Of a stretch of DNA of 64,000 nucleotides, positions 45,438 through 60,311 are shown in pieces. Location of the stretch: the NCBI GenBank assembly GCA_027923505.1, contig BROI01000009.1, positions 806,001 through 870,000 on the forward strand, written 5' to 3'. Position 1 is the first letter of the stretch; every line of letters starts with the position of its first letter. Source of the stretch: Mayamaea pseudoterrestris (taxonomy: Eukaryota). Made by a program: the position numbers and the translations under genes. The notes under the pieces are model-generated. The model was not told where the DNA came from and made no database searches. It was given only the letters and a program-made list of their open reading frames with translations.

Positions 45438-46850
45438 ATGATCTTCAGAACTTCGGTCGTCCTTGCCCTTGTGGCCGCTCAGACACCCTTGAGCTCCGCG
45501 TTTCAGCCGACGCATGTCTCACGACCACATTTTTCACTCACATCACGCCGAGCCGTCGCAGTGGATGCGGAGACAGGAACGTTTTCCGCGGCTGCACTCA
45601 CGCAGCAAAGTGTCTCAGCAGAGGCGACTGCTACCGGCGCCATGATGGATTTGACTGGAATTGCCTTTAGCGGACTCAAGGGACAAGCATTGTCACTTAC
45701 AGACTTTCCCAAGGCCAATGAACTTCGCGCCGTCATTCCAGCTGATTGCTTTGAACCTGAAACCGCCAAGTCTTTGGGTTATCTAAGTGTCTCACTTGCT
45801 GGAACGGCCGCATGCTCCGCCATCGGTTTGCAAATGCTCAACGTTCTACCACCTGAAAGCATTTTCACATGGCCTATTTGGGCCGCTTACTCGGCCGTCA
45901 CTGGAACCGTCGCCATGGGTCTCTGGGTTCTTGCCCACGAATGCGGGCATGGTGCCTTTTCCAAAAACAGGGCCTTACAAGACGCTGTCGGCTTCATGAT
46001 ACACTCCGTCATGCTCGTTCCATATTATTCATGGCAGCGATCCCATGCAGTGCATCATCAGTACACAAACAATATGGAGCTAGGCGAGACACATGTTCCA
46101 GAACCTTACGAAGACGACGGAGCGTTCGCACTGCGGGAGAAGTTTCTCGATGTTCTTGGGCGTGAACAAGGCATCAAGGCTTGGGGCGCCTGGCAGAGCT
46201 TTCTACATCTCGGCGTTGGATGGCCGGCGTACTTGCTTATTGGTGCCACGGGTGGACTTGACCGAGGTATGACGAATCACTACTATCCGAACCCATTGAC
46301 GGAACCAAAACAACCAAAGAAGGAACTTTTCCCCGGAAATTGGAAGGAGAAGGTCTACCAATCGGATATTGGCATCGCCGCTGTTATTGGAGCCGTCGTC
46401 GCTTGGACCGTATGCTGTGGTCCAGCCCAAGTTATGGCTCTTTATGGCGGTCCTCTTTTGGTGGTCAATGCCTGGCTAGTGACATACACGTGGCTACAAC
46501 ACACGGACGTGGACGTGCCTCATTTTAGCTCGGACAATCATAACTTCGTCAAAGGCGCCCTTCACACTATCGACCGTCCCTACGATAAGATGGATCCATG
46601 GGGCGTCATAGACTTTCTACACCATAAAATTGGAACAACACACGTTGCTCACCATTTCGATAGCACCATTCCTCATTACAAGGCTGATGCCGCTACCAAA
46701 GCTATAAAAGACAATTTCCCTGAACACTATCTGTATGACCCAACCCCGATCCCGGAGGCGCTATGGAGAGTCGCCAAGGGATGCAACGTTGTTGAGCAGC
46801 GAGGTGACAAGTGGGTCTGGAAGAATAATGGCGTTGAGGATTTGCTTTAG
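45438..46850 (+). CDS. FAD6: Plastid omega-6/delta-12 fatty acid desaturase, copy B
   Basis: Counterpart of 16287-17699 with all three His boxes. Confidence 0.88.
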   Translation: MIFRTSVVLALVAAQTPLSSAFQPTHVSRPHFSLTSRRAVAVDAETGTFSAAALTQQSVSAEATATGAMMDLTGIAFSGLKGQALSLTDFPKANELRAVIPADCFEPETAKSLGYLSVSLAGTAACSAIGLQMLNVLPPESIFTWPIWAAYSAVTGTVAMGLWVLAHECGHGAFSKNRALQDAVGFMIHSVMLVPYYSWQRSHAVHHQYTNNMELGETHVPEPYEDDGAFALREKFLDVLGREQGIKAWGAWQSFLHLGVGWPAYLLIGATGGLDRGMTNHYYPNPLTEPKQPKKELFPGNWKEKVYQSDIGIAAVIGAVVAWTVCCGPAQVMALYGGPLLVVNAWLVTYTWLQHTDVDVPHFSSDNHNFVKGALHTIDRPYDKMDPWGVIDFLHHKIGTTHVAHHFDSTIPHYKADAATKAIKDNFPEHYLYDPTPIPEALWRVAKGCNVVEQRGDKWVWKNNGVEDLL

Positions 46851-47248
46851 AGGTGCTCATAAGCAATGTAGAGATTAGTTACTTGCATGCAGTTCTCTTT
46901 GTAATTATCAACATTTCGACTGGCTTCCTCTTCTGGCACCAGACTACATCACATGTCGGCACAAGGATGAGTCTGCTGGAACACAACAATATTTGCCTCG
47001 AAAGTAGGTAGAGGTGCAAATTCGCTTAACTCGCAGCGACTCTCGCTCCATCTTTTGTCCGTTTCTTCAGGTAAAGAAACGGACACGCAACCGTGTGTTG
47101 TGGTCGATGACACACCCACATGCCATAAAACAATTGTAAGAGGAGCTGCTCTTACACTCTCTGGCCAACGTTATCGTCGCAGAGCATAGAGTATTTGTTT
47201 CCGCTCACTTCACACCTTGTTGCTTCGTGAACTCACTCAGCGCTCAGC

Positions 47249-48340
47249 ATGTCGGTCAATGCGAACATTTTTGACCTCGACTGCCCATCGGAGCATACAA
47301 ACTCTATTTGTTTGCCTGTCCATCCTCCGACGACCATTTCTTTTGTTGACGATGCGTATACGAACAAGGATCAAGTTACCATCTTGCCTAGCAAAGTCTT
47401 TCACTTGAGCAACGGGATCCATCAAGCGTTTCCTGACTCGCAGACGCATTGGGCAGCATTTTCGGTTCTGGAGTGGCTAGAATCATTGGCTTCAGCCGCC
47501 GAGACGTCGGGAGCGTCACCGATTTTAGTCAATGGTACTCGATTGAGCGAGCCTTCCTTCCCGCCGATACCGACTCTGAGCAATGACCCGACCACTCCTC
47601 GGTGGACGCATGGAGAACCACAACTAGTAATGACGAAGAACAACCGTTTCATGGACATGCAGCAACGTGATCCAGCAGGCTGGTGGGGGCTTCGGCAGCT
47701 GGAAGACGCGGCGTCGCTAGTCGAAGACATCGGTCGATTGGAAAGTGAATATCACGCCATCTACGAGCGATTCGAATACACGTTTAATTGCATTTTGCTG
47801 CAAGCCGAGACATGTGGTTTCGAAGGTAGGCACTTGCTTGATACTCTTTACAAAGACACGACGCGGAAACTTTGCGATCTTTTAAATACATCGGCATCGC
47901 ATGTAGGGTTAATCGCTGGAGGTATCCCGAAGGTGATCTCAGCTGAAGGTTCAGCCAAGAAGAATTTCCCGCGGATCATGACCGCGTGGTTGGTCAGCAA
48001 CTGGACCAACCCGTACCCGGACGAAGAAGGTCTAGCGGAGTTGGCGTTTGCGACAGATACTTCAGCGACCGTCGTGGGTAACTGGCTGATTAATGCGCGC
48101 ACTCGCAAGTGGCGGCCGGCCATTGTCAAGGCCTCCAAGCACATGGATCGACCAGCGTCCTTGTTGCTGGAAGATTCAATCAACATCTTTTCGAATTGTC
48201 CATTGCGCACGCTTGGAGACGAAACAACGTCGTCATCGACGGAATGCAGTGAGTTTGACAGTGGTCACATGCTATCAATTGCAGATGCGTATTCCATGCC
48301 CAATAAGCGCTTGAAGTCGGACTATTTTGGAAATATGTGA
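47249..48340 (+). CDS. TALE/KN homeobox protein, copy B
   Basis: Counterpart of 18097-19191. Confidence 0.82.
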   Translation: MSVNANIFDLDCPSEHTNSICLPVHPPTTISFVDDAYTNKDQVTILPSKVFHLSNGIHQAFPDSQTHWAAFSVLEWLESLASAAETSGASPILVNGTRLSEPSFPPIPTLSNDPTTPRWTHGEPQLVMTKNNRFMDMQQRDPAGWWGLRQLEDAASLVEDIGRLESEYHAIYERFEYTFNCILLQAETCGFEGRHLLDTLYKDTTRKLCDLLNTSASHVGLIAGGIPKVISAEGSAKKNFPRIMTAWLVSNWTNPYPDEEGLAELAFATDTSATVVGNWLINARTRKWRPAIVKASKHMDRPASLLLEDSINIFSNCPLRTLGDETTSSSTECSEFDSGHMLSIADAYSMPNKRLKSDYFGNM

Positions 48341-48469
48341 TAGGCGATGACAAATTCAAGTTAACGATAGCATAGTATATGTTTGTAAACGACATATATG
48401 CTGCAATCGGAGACAGCATGACGCTGACAAACCCATTGTACATTTGCACGTATAGAAGCAACATTTCTC

Positions 48470-48956
48470 TCAATCCCCTCCAGCGTTCCACAGTCCAGAG
48501 TCCACACATCGCTTCATATGGTAGTCTGCCTCCTCTGGTTCAAGTTTCATAAGTGCTGCCTTGAGTTGCTCGACGTCTCGGCTCTCAAAAGCCTTGACCA
48601 TATCCTCGGGCAATGTATCGATCACCTCCAGCGGGTCAAGCCCTCCCGGTCCTAATCGCTCCTCCTTTGGCACCTCCTCCAAGTTTTTACTAGTTGCCTC
48701 TACCGCTCGTTCTGCATCAATTTCTCGACGCTTTACCACGGCACGCTGAACAATTTTATCCTGAAATGACTTGACGCCCTTAATAAACTCTTCCAAGTGC
48801 TCACGCTGCTCCATTCGTTTAAAGAACGGCAAAATAACATTGCCTGGATGGGTGTCGAGTGTTTTGGCTAGTTCGGCAATGTTCGTAATAATTTGCGACT
48901 GTCGGGCCGTTCGTTGCATCGCCTCGCGCCTGCCATTCATTTCATCCTCGAGCGAC

Positions 48957-48988
<32 letters not shown>

Positions 48989-49873
48989 CAAGAGAACTTC
49001 TGCATGTTGCAGCAAAAAGTCGCGCGAACCGTTCAAATCAGGGATCTTCATAAAGTCTTCCACAACGTCGGCGTACTTTTCGCAAAATTGCGGGTACGTT
49101 TCCATCACTCCAATATCAGCCTTGTTGAACTTTTCCACTGGACCAGTTGCAGGATTAATAATTGTTTTCGATGACGTTGTTTTACTCGCACCTTCATTGT
49201 CGACCGCTGCATCAACCTCTGTTTCATCGCTCTTGCCCAAAACAGTGGGCTCCAATGTGTCCTCGTCTTTTGGGGGAATGAATCCGCTCTCAGTGTAGTT
49301 CTTCTTTCCAGCCGTCTTACTGACCTCTGTCTTGTCGGAGACGACCGTTCCAAGATTGTCAACGTTCCACTTCTTGTTCTTTTCGTACTCCTCAAGCTTT
49401 TCGTAACGCTTAGCATTGGATGCCTCGAGTTCGTCCAGTTCAGCTTGAAGGGCTTCAATCTCGTCCAAATCATCGTCATCGTCCAAATCAGCCGCTTGTT
49501 GCTGCTTGATTTTTTGAATATCGTGGCGAAGAATTTTCATGCGCTGATCAGCTTGCTCAATCTGTATGTTGGTTTAGCAAATGTGAGATTGTAGTAGATG
49601 TATGTACATCGTTTCCGGTAGTACTAGTCACGAATAAAGACTCCTCTCTTTACACAAAGAGCACAAGGTCTCCACCATTATACATACTCTTCGTATGATA
49701 CGCACCTGCGCCAGAATATTCTTCTTATCCTTTTCCTCGTTCTCCTCGCGCTCGACTCTGCTGCGATGCTTCAGACGGAACCAGCTCTCTCGATCAATGT
49801 TGGGGTGAACATCGTCCTCATCGTCCGATAACTCGATCTTGTCCCACTTGGAGTAGTCGAATGGTTTAGCCAT
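48470..49873 (-). CDS. CDC37: Hsp90 co-chaperone Cdc37, copy B (one intron)
   Basis: Counterpart of 19321-20724. Confidence 0.93.
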
Positions 49874-50218
49874 GGCTTTAAAGGACGTTGACTGCAAGAA
49901 GTTGATGAAGATTATGGTCAAGCTACGGTTCGCAGGAGGCAGCGAAAAAGCTTTGGAGCGAGTCGTCGCTGCGTTTCTCGCCGCGCCCGCCGCGCCATAC
50001 TGCTCCTTGGCGCTCGTAAATCTTGGCTTCGGTAACAGTCAGCCATACACATCGCTTTGTAGCGAACGCTAAGCGAGTCAACACGTGGAGATACACCCAC
50101 AACATCAACCAAGTCCGTTTCAACTTGCTTTTCTTGATCAAGCCGCAACTTATAACTTGTCGGACAGAACTGGGCTCTAAAGTTCATTGCCAATCAGCAG
50201 TTGCATCGTTTGTGGAAG

Positions 50219-51259
50219 ATGAGATCTGTGGCCTTTACCTGGAAAAATGCTTCGCCGCTGCTGCAACGGCGGACGACCAAGCGCTGTTTGCTTTTGGTTT
50301 TCCTTTTCAATGCTTTATTACCTTTCTCCATGTCGACTCGACAAGCAAACTATCAAGTCTCTCATTCATTTCGACGGACGAGCTCTTGTTCCAGTCCTGA
50401 ATCATTAACTAAGCATCGGATATCTGGCAACGAAAAGGACAATCTGTCGTTTCCCATTTCCGTCAAATTGTCGCTTCTTGTTCCACTTCGAGGCGGAGCG
50501 TATGACTCGGATTACCGAGACGATGGAGATGCAACAGCATACTACTCCTACGATCAGTCTCACCAGAAGTCAAGAGGCGGCAACACTGGTGGAAGATACC
50601 AGGAAGACTGGGAGATTCCAGCGACAGCAGCAGCAGCCGCCCGCAACCGCCAATCACAGCCACAGCAACCATTACCGGTACGCACTAGTGGCAGCACCAC
50701 ATATGATGAAGACTATTACCTTGACCGTGGTCTCCCGTCTCCTCGGGAGCGACAACGAAAAGGCAGCAGTATGGCATCCAAGTATGTTCCTTCTATTCTT
50801 TCGCGAGGCAACAAGAAAATTGGATTGGCTCTACTCGGTTCTGGTCTTGCAGTTACTATGCTTGGAATCAGTCTATTTTTCAACAAGACATTAATGCGTC
50901 TCGGCAATCTACTTTTCATTGGAGGCGTGCCATTGGTCATTGGACCGACACGGACCATGGGCTACTTTATGCAGCCGGCCAAAGTGCGAGCGACAGGGTG
51001 CCTAGCATTGGGAATCTTTCTCGTCTTTGTTGGATGGCCCGTCTTTGGGATTGCACTAGAAGTTTTTGGTCTCTTGAACTTGTTCGGAAACCTATTTCCA
51101 ATCTTTTGGGCTGTAGCGAAGCAAACTCCGATTGTTGGAAGCTTGCTGAAGCAAAGTGACGCGGGAAAACGTACAGGCGGAGCAGCAAGGCGACCAAAAT
51201 TCACGGACGACCAGGATGATATCCAGCGTCGGCGTGAGGAGGAGAAAAGATACTATTGA
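50219..51259 (+). CDS. Got1/Sft2-family protein, copy B
   Basis: Counterpart of 21073-22113. Confidence 0.78.
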   Translation: MRSVAFTWKNASPLLQRRTTKRCLLLVFLFNALLPFSMSTRQANYQVSHSFRRTSSCSSPESLTKHRISGNEKDNLSFPISVKLSLLVPLRGGAYDSDYRDDGDATAYYSYDQSHQKSRGGNTGGRYQEDWEIPATAAAAARNRQSQPQQPLPVRTSGSTTYDEDYYLDRGLPSPRERQRKGSSMASKYVPSILSRGNKKIGLALLGSGLAVTMLGISLFFNKTLMRLGNLLFIGGVPLVIGPTRTMGYFMQPAKVRATGCLALGIFLVFVGWPVFGIALEVFGLLNLFGNLFPIFWAVAKQTPIVGSLLKQSDAGKRTGGAARRPKFTDDQDDIQRRREEEKRYY

Positions 51260-51696
51260 CATTGAATAATCGCGCTTGACTGCTGTCGTAAACAATGTTG
51301 AACAGCAAGCAAGCTACCTAGATCTTGCTTGGACTGCGTATCCTGTTCCGCAATATAACTTTTAACTATGTGTGATTACATAAATTGCCTGTGGCCAGGT
51401 AGTTGTGCGCAAATCATGTCGTCTGAGGAAGAATACAACTTGGCTGAGCTAAAAACTACGTTTATACGGTAATTGTACGGTAATTGGAAGGGCTGTGAAG
51501 GTAGCTGCAATCGTACCGGTATTGATTGCATACGCACGTGAGTTTTCGATCTTGCTTTCACCCAACGCTCGAGCGCGATGGCTGGAGGTTCGGCGGCAGG
51601 CCCATCACATCAGCGACGAAAGATATCGTTGATGCCGACACCGAGCAGCCATCATCTCCCTGTCACGAACTACCCGCCAAGCAGCAAATCACCACG

Positions 51697-52611
51697 ATGA
51701 CAAACTTTGGGAAAGCAGCAATTCTTGCGGTTCTTTTCGGAGCAGCGCAAACCAACGCGTTTGTTGTCCAAGGACCTTCTCGGTCGCAGACACGGCTTGC
51801 ATCGTCTGTGAGTGATTTGCCTGCCGACGCTAAGCTCTCGAAAGACATTTGGAGATCTGTATCGCCGACAGTCGTCCAAGGTAACTCATTGAGGACGTTT
51901 CAAACCACCTCAGCTGATAGAGTGCAGGTTCTTTTGAAGACAGAAGGACGCCCGCTCAATTCAAGGTAAAGTTTAGTAGTCACGTTCTTTTGCACAGTCG
52001 CTGTCTCAAAGATTCATCTCCTCATTAATGCGATATCACTTGCTAACAGGGTTGAGCTATGGCAGGGACCAGATTATCTCCCGTTCAAGCTGGGCATCTA
52101 TCTTGAGGACGGAAACTTGTCGCCCTTCAACGGAGTGGTCGAGACGCCGTATGACTCAAATACTATCGCAGTCTACAATACCGGAAACTTAGAATTTCCT
52201 CTCAAAGCTTGCGTTGTGCCTGACAAGCAGGATCTTGGTCCAATCAAGGAACGGCTCATGGACTCGGCCGATCCGATTACAATCCAGGGAGGAGCTCTGC
52301 GAACGTATCCCTTTGATGCGTCGGTCGCGAGCGTGCAAGTTTGTTTGAAAACGGACGGTCGCCATCTTCAAGCGCGCATTGAATTGCTCCAGGGGCCTAA
52401 CAACAACAAGCAGATTATTCAGGTCTATTCTTCGGACGGCAAGAAGCGTTCATTCTATGCCGTCTTTGAGACACCAGAAGCGGGTTGCGTCGTTCGAATC
52501 GTCAACGAACAGACGGTTGAGTATCCTCTCATGTCTTGGGTTGAGCCTTACAAGATTGACGACTCGTTTTCGGCTACAGAACCTGTCATGGGCGGCGGTA
52601 GCAATCGCTAG
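51697..52611 (+). CDS. Signal-peptide two-repeat protein, copy B (intron 51966-52049)
   Basis: Counterpart of 22551-23465. Confidence 0.78.
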
Positions 52612-53008
52612 GCCGTCGTGATTACGATAGTTGTTGCGATTTGTAATGTGGGTGGCAAAGCAAAAATATAATTTTTGTATGGGATTCGCTTCTATGTAGA
52701 CTATACATCGGGTTTTATTTCTGTACCCTTTAATATACCAAAAAGTGTTGTATAAGATTGAGGATGTGACTCAAAGCAAAAATCACTTCAGTCAGTGCTC
52801 TGACTTGCACAATATCATGCAGGTAGCTAAATATTCAATCAATCCCGCTTCAGCGCGCGCTCGTGACGTCAACGCTATGGGTCATTTCACTTGGTGGTTT
52901 CATGTTCGGTTCCACGAGCAGCAGCCAGTTCTTCTGCAGCTTCATTAGCCTCGAAGACAATTCTACCATTAACAGTCTGTTGATCCTGCTGATCTTCCAG
53001 TGAAGCAA

Positions 53009-54441
53009 ATGGTGCGTCAAAACTCTGTCAAGGCTGCCTTTTCCAAGCCGGAGGCTGTCCGCTCAAGGTGAGTCGGTTTTTTGCCGTGCTCCTCTTGCAT
53101 ATCCTCAAAAGAACTTGGCCTCTCCGAGGTTGTGACGGATTGAAACAAAAGAGTTTCTTCATATGAACACATTTCAGCTAAATGTCTAATCTATTTAATG
53201 TCGTTCATATACTTGCAGTACCTCATTCATAACGAAATGTTGCCGATGCTGCTGCCTTCTTGTGTCGCTGCTGGTCTTTCTCATGATCCTCGGTGCCGGC
53301 AGCGGGCCAGTCAATGACAATGCACTATCGGGCCAAGCTCATCATGCTTCAATTCAAAACAAAGTTAATAGCAGTCGTGCTCGCGATTACGATGCAACTG
53401 CCTGGCATTATGATAAGTCGAGCGAATACGATTATGACGAGGTGGAAAATGTCGTTGGCGAAGCCAAGCTCATTCTGGAGAAGGCTGAACAAGATGTTTT
53501 GCAGGAAGAAGAGTCATTGTTGAAAAAGGCAGTTACGGCGGGAGGACAGGCACTGCGTGCCGGCATCAAGAAAGTACTCGGAGCTGGTGCAACGGACCAA
53601 GACATAGAAGCAATCGCTGCGCAAGTAGAGGAGGAAGTAGTTTCGGATGCCATGGATGAGTTGAGAGAAGATGCGGAAATTATTTTACAGGAAGAACTTG
53701 ATGGCGTGAGCGAAGACGCCTATGGAGATGTGTCCATGGGCTACGATCGCGCCACTATTCGACATTCCATAGGAGACCGAAGGGATCATTATACATCCGA
53801 CATGCGCACTCGAATTGGCGGTCTGGAGCATGACTATCAGGAGCAATTGCCAGAAAAATCTTTGGAACTTGAGAAGAAGTTGTTAGAAAAGAAGTTGAGC
53901 GCTAAATATGGTCGAGATGTTCATTTGAGCATTGTCGCCGGAGAGGTTCGAGCGACGGACGATGGCTACCTCCGTTCTACCAAGAACAAGAAAAAGAAGA
54001 AAAGGAGTAAGAATAGGAATCATTATGGCACGACGACGGATAGCTATGGAGGCGGTGGCGGGACAACTACCTCGTCGGGCTATGGCGGTGGAACTGCGTC
54101 TACTGGCTACGGCGCAGGAACAACTTCAGGTGCTCGAACGAGCTCATATGGAGACACGGCAACTAATGAAGCAGCATCCCAGACGAAAGATGATGATGGA
54201 GCTAGTGACGATGATGATGGTGTTGCTGGTACAACTGGCGACGACAGTAGCGAAGGCGACGATAGAGGCTCGGATAATGACAATGACGACGACACCGCTG
54301 ATGACGAAGACGGCAATGTAAGTTAATCTTATCTCTTGCATCGCGCTTCCTGACTCCACAAGCGCTGACAAATTTTGGTTGTTCACCTGCGCTACACAGG
54401 ACGATGACGCAAATGATGGCGACGACAATATGCGCAAATAG
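53009..54441 (+). CDS. Type II membrane protein with acidic helical region, Lys tract, G/S/T/Y repeats and Asp-rich tail (introns 53068-53218, 54318-54399)
   Basis: The GT-AG introns keep frame with the 354-aa ORF. CCRCCC precedes the TM helix. Confidence 0.7.
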
Positions 54442-54795
54442 ACGTGTCAGACTGCTATTTTTGGGAGACTACAATTACTTTTAACATTGAAATACATATA
54501 GTACGTCATGTATATTTTATTTCGGAAGAGCTGGAGCGATGTTGATTTATTTTATGTACTGGTGCTGGTGCGCTAGCTGAGATTTTGAACCGCGCTATTC
54601 GGTCATGAGTGCTTGCTCCTATTCTAATTTGCACGATTTACATCGCTCGTGTAGGTTGAAGTCACATCGAACGCTAATGAGCAGCTTCTACTAGCCGTAG
54701 ATTCTGGCCAGCCAACGAGGCGCGCCATCGCGCGTCTGGAAGATGCAAACGAAACATCGACCATCGCACATTCTTGCATCTTCAACAAGTCGACC

Positions 54796-56659
<1,864 letters not shown>

Positions 56660-56795
56660 TTGTGAGATGCGTTGTAATTGTATAACACAGTTGACTTAAT
56701 ATTACTGTCCATACATGTACCGTAGATCTAGGTACTGACCTGCAGCAGTTGCGTGAAGTAAGGTTGTTGTCTATCAATGGTTGTACTCTACTTTT

Positions 56796-57746
56796 TTACT
56801 TTGCCAATGCAAAGGTCATTTCTCCAACCTCCACAACGAGTGTACCATCGACATAGGCTCTTCCACTCGCTTTGGCCAAACCAAACTTGGCGTTCCACTT
56901 TTTGATTTCAACTTCCATCACTAAGGAGTCTCCTGGCACGACTGGCTTCTTCCACTTGACTCCGTCGACACCGGCAAAGAAAAAGACAGCGCCTGGCGAC
57001 GCGCCGTCCATTTGTAGGCAAACGATGCCGGCCAGTTGCGCCAATGCTTCAACTTGTAGAACACCCGGCATGATGCTGAATAACCAGGTAAGTTAATGAA
57101 TCATGTTAGCGAAACATCATGGAGTCATCTGCCCACTCGCTCCTTCAGTATATTGCTTCGCACTTACGGCCTTCCAGGAAAATGTCCATTGAAAAATTCC
57201 TCGTTCTGTGTATAGATACATGATGCAAAAATGAGCCTCAGTCGAGCCATGGTTCGCAATATCAGCAACACTCTCGACAAAAAACATTCAAGCAGGATAA
57301 ACAATCAACATCTCGTTTGAACGTCTCAAGCGAAGCATTGTAATGGAAACATTGAACAGTAATGGCTCAACTCAGGTGTGCTAACACACACACCAAAGAC
57401 AGCATGCATCTACCGTAGCCGTGACTTCCTCCACTCTTACACATACCTTGGTGACGCTCTTGATTCCGACGGCTCTCTTGCCTGCCTCATACTCGACAAC
57501 CTTGTCGACGAGCGCAAACGGATAGCGATGCGGCAAAAGCTCATCAATCTGTTCCGATGTGTAAATGACTTGTTGTCCGGCCGTAGCTGCCGAAATCTCT
57601 TTACCCGTCTTGCTGGATGTGGCTGGTGTCGCTTCTTCAGTGGCAACAGCAGAAAAGGGACGCGCAGTCGAAGCTTGCTGGGAGGATGGGATGGTAAAGG
57701 CAAATGCCGAGGAAAGGCTGAGGAGAGCGATGAAGGCAGTCTTCAT
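56796..57746 (-). CDS. fabZ: Plastid 3-hydroxyacyl-ACP dehydratase (exons 57746-57447, 57205-57168, 57075-56796)
   Basis: [38 protein letters not shown]. Presequence SSAFAFT. Confidence 0.93.
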
Positions 57747-58115
57747 GATAAATTATTGTTGCGATTCGGGCAAGAAAAGAAGGTATGTATAGCAATGCCG
57801 TACAAGTATGAGCAAGAATCGGTGAAGGCGACGACGGCCTTGATGATGAGAGACGATTCAAAGCTTGGGCGTCGCCATTTTCCATCCGTCGCTGACGTAT
57901 CTACTTTGAAAATGTCGGACCGGTTCAAATTTCAGCCAACCAGAAGGCGCGGACCGTCACATTCGTCACTCACCCGCGCGGCGACGGATGATGCTCGACA
58001 AAGGACGACGACATGTTCGACCATCTATAGCACTAGCGTCGAGCATTTCATTGCATCGAATCCTTGTTGGATATAGCGAACGACGACGAAGAATCAATCA
58101 TTGTCAATCGGTCTA

Positions 58116-60122
58116 ATGAAGTCGTTTGCTCTTGTCGCTATTCTTCTCGCCTCGGCGTCGACGGCGGATGCCTTTTCCGTTCAAAGACTGGGAGCTGCAA
58201 TGCGGTCACATAAGATGACGCAACTCTTCATGAGCGGCAGCAAAATTACCATGCCAGCATTGAGTTCCACCATGAAGGAGGGGCGGGTTGTTAGCTGGCT
58301 CAAAAATGAAGGCGATGCCATTGAGGCGGGAGAAGCCATCATGGTGGTGGAATCCGATAAGGCTGACATGGATGTCGAAGCATTTGAGGATGGTTTTCTG
58401 GCCAAGATTATCATCGGCGAAGGTGAAATGGCTCCAGTTGGAGAACCAGTTGCTTTGATAGCGTCCGAGGAGAGCGATATCGAGAGTGTCGTGGCGGCGT
58501 ACTCCTCTGGTGGTGCTTCTGCCCCAGCACCTCCAGCGGCCGCTCCTTCCGAAGCTTCATCTGTCCCAGCTTGTGAGTATAGTTTTACATTGACTTGCTA
58601 TGCAATCATAAGCTAAAATGTCTCACGCATTTCCGTTATATCTACAGCTGCCTCATCTGCACCGGATTGTGAATTTAGTCAGATTGACATGCCAGCTCTC
58701 AGTTCCACCATGAAAGAAGGAAAGGTTGTCTCCTGGCTCAAGAATGTCGGTGACGCCATTTCTGCAGGCGAAGCTATTATGGTGGTTGAATCAGACAAAG
58801 CTGACATGGATGTGGAAGCCTTCGAGGATGGCTACCTAGCTGCTATCATCACTGGCGAAGGAGAAAGTGGAGCGGTTGGTGCACCAGTCGCTTTGATTGC
58901 TACTAGCGAAGCCGACATCCCCACTCTGCAGGAGTATGCTTCGACATTGTCAGGAGGAGCTCCCGTTGCTGCTGCTTCGGCACCTTCTGCGCCACCTGCA
59001 GCGTCCCCTGCGCCGGCTGCTGCTCCCAAGAGTGTGTCCGCGCCGCCAGCTGGTGGCCGCGTGGTCGCATCTCCCTTGGCTCGCAAAAAGGCCGAGGAGC
59101 TTGGCATTGATATCAGTACCGTGGCAGGAAGTGGACCCGAGGGTCGCATCACGGCATCTGATGTTGAGAATGCAGCCTCTGGAAAGTCATCGGGTGCACC
59201 TGCAAAGAAGGCAGCTGCTGCCCCGGCCAAGCCTTCATGGACGCCTGCTCCTGGTGTCGTTGCTGCCACCCCAACTGCCCGTCAGCTCGCCAAGAAATAC
59301 AAAATTGACCTCAACAGCCTACAGGGAACTGGAAGTCTTGGACGTGTCACGGCCGATGATGTTCTCATGGCGGCTGGTGAAAAGAAACCAGAACGCAAAA
59401 AGGCAGCTTCTCCGGGAGAAGAAGTTGTTGAAATGCCATCGGGAGTCGTACCAATGACGGGCATGCAACGCGCCGTTAGCAACAACATGGTCGCGACACT
59501 TTCCATCCCTGAGTTCCGTGTTAGTCGCGAAATTGAAATGGACAAGTTCGATGCCATGTACCAAAAGCTAAAGTCCAAGGGCGTTTCCGTCTCGTCGCTC
59601 CTCGCCAAAGCTGTCGCACTTGCCATTGAGAAGCATCCCATCATGAACAGTGAGTTCTCAGACGCAGGAGGTGGATCCATTATTTACAAGTCGGATATTA
59701 ACATTGCCATGGCTGTATCAATTGATGGTGGCCTCATTACGCCGACTCTTACCAATGCCAACGAGCGCAGCGCCGTTGAACTCGCTGAGAACTGGAAGGA
59801 GCTGGTGGACAAGGCTCGATCCGGAACTCTTTCGCCTGCCGAGTACACTTCCGGCACGTTTACTATTTCCAACATGGGCATGTTCGGCGTGACTCAGTTT
59901 GGTGCTATTCTTCCCAAAGGACAAGGCGGCATTCTCGCCATTGGCGGCACCCAGGAATTAATCGTTCCATGCAGCCAAGCTGTCCTTGGAATGAAGAAGG
60001 TAAAGAAGATGACTGTCACTCTGACATGCGATCATCGTCAAATCTATGGATCGGACGCTGCCTTCTTCCTCAAGACTTTGGCGGACATAATGGAGAACCA
60101 ACTCGACAAGGTTGCTCGCTGA
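58116..60122 (+). CDS. Plastid pyruvate dehydrogenase E2, dihydrolipoamide acetyltransferase (intron 58573-58647)
   Basis: Two lipoyl domains (ESDKADM), two subunit-binding motifs (ASPLARK..GRIT, ATPTARQ..GRVT), catalytic DHRQIYG, presequence ADAFSV. Confidence 0.92.
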
Positions 60123-60311
60123 GTAAGCGCTACTGACGAATAGATAATAATCAGGTTGTATTTTGCAAAACATTTGCTGCTATACACTTTGCATATGAGA
60201 TTATAGAGTGCTCGAGACGGCGACGAAGATACAAAATGCATTCCCACTGTGTATGGTGCATCGACTTCATACAAGTCCCGCATCAAACTGAAATAGTATT
60301 ATCGTCCATGC

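Noticed and set aside
57378..58076. 232-aa plus-strand ORF
   Set aside because: Antisense to fabZ exon 1 and spanning the intergenic promoter region, with no motifs.
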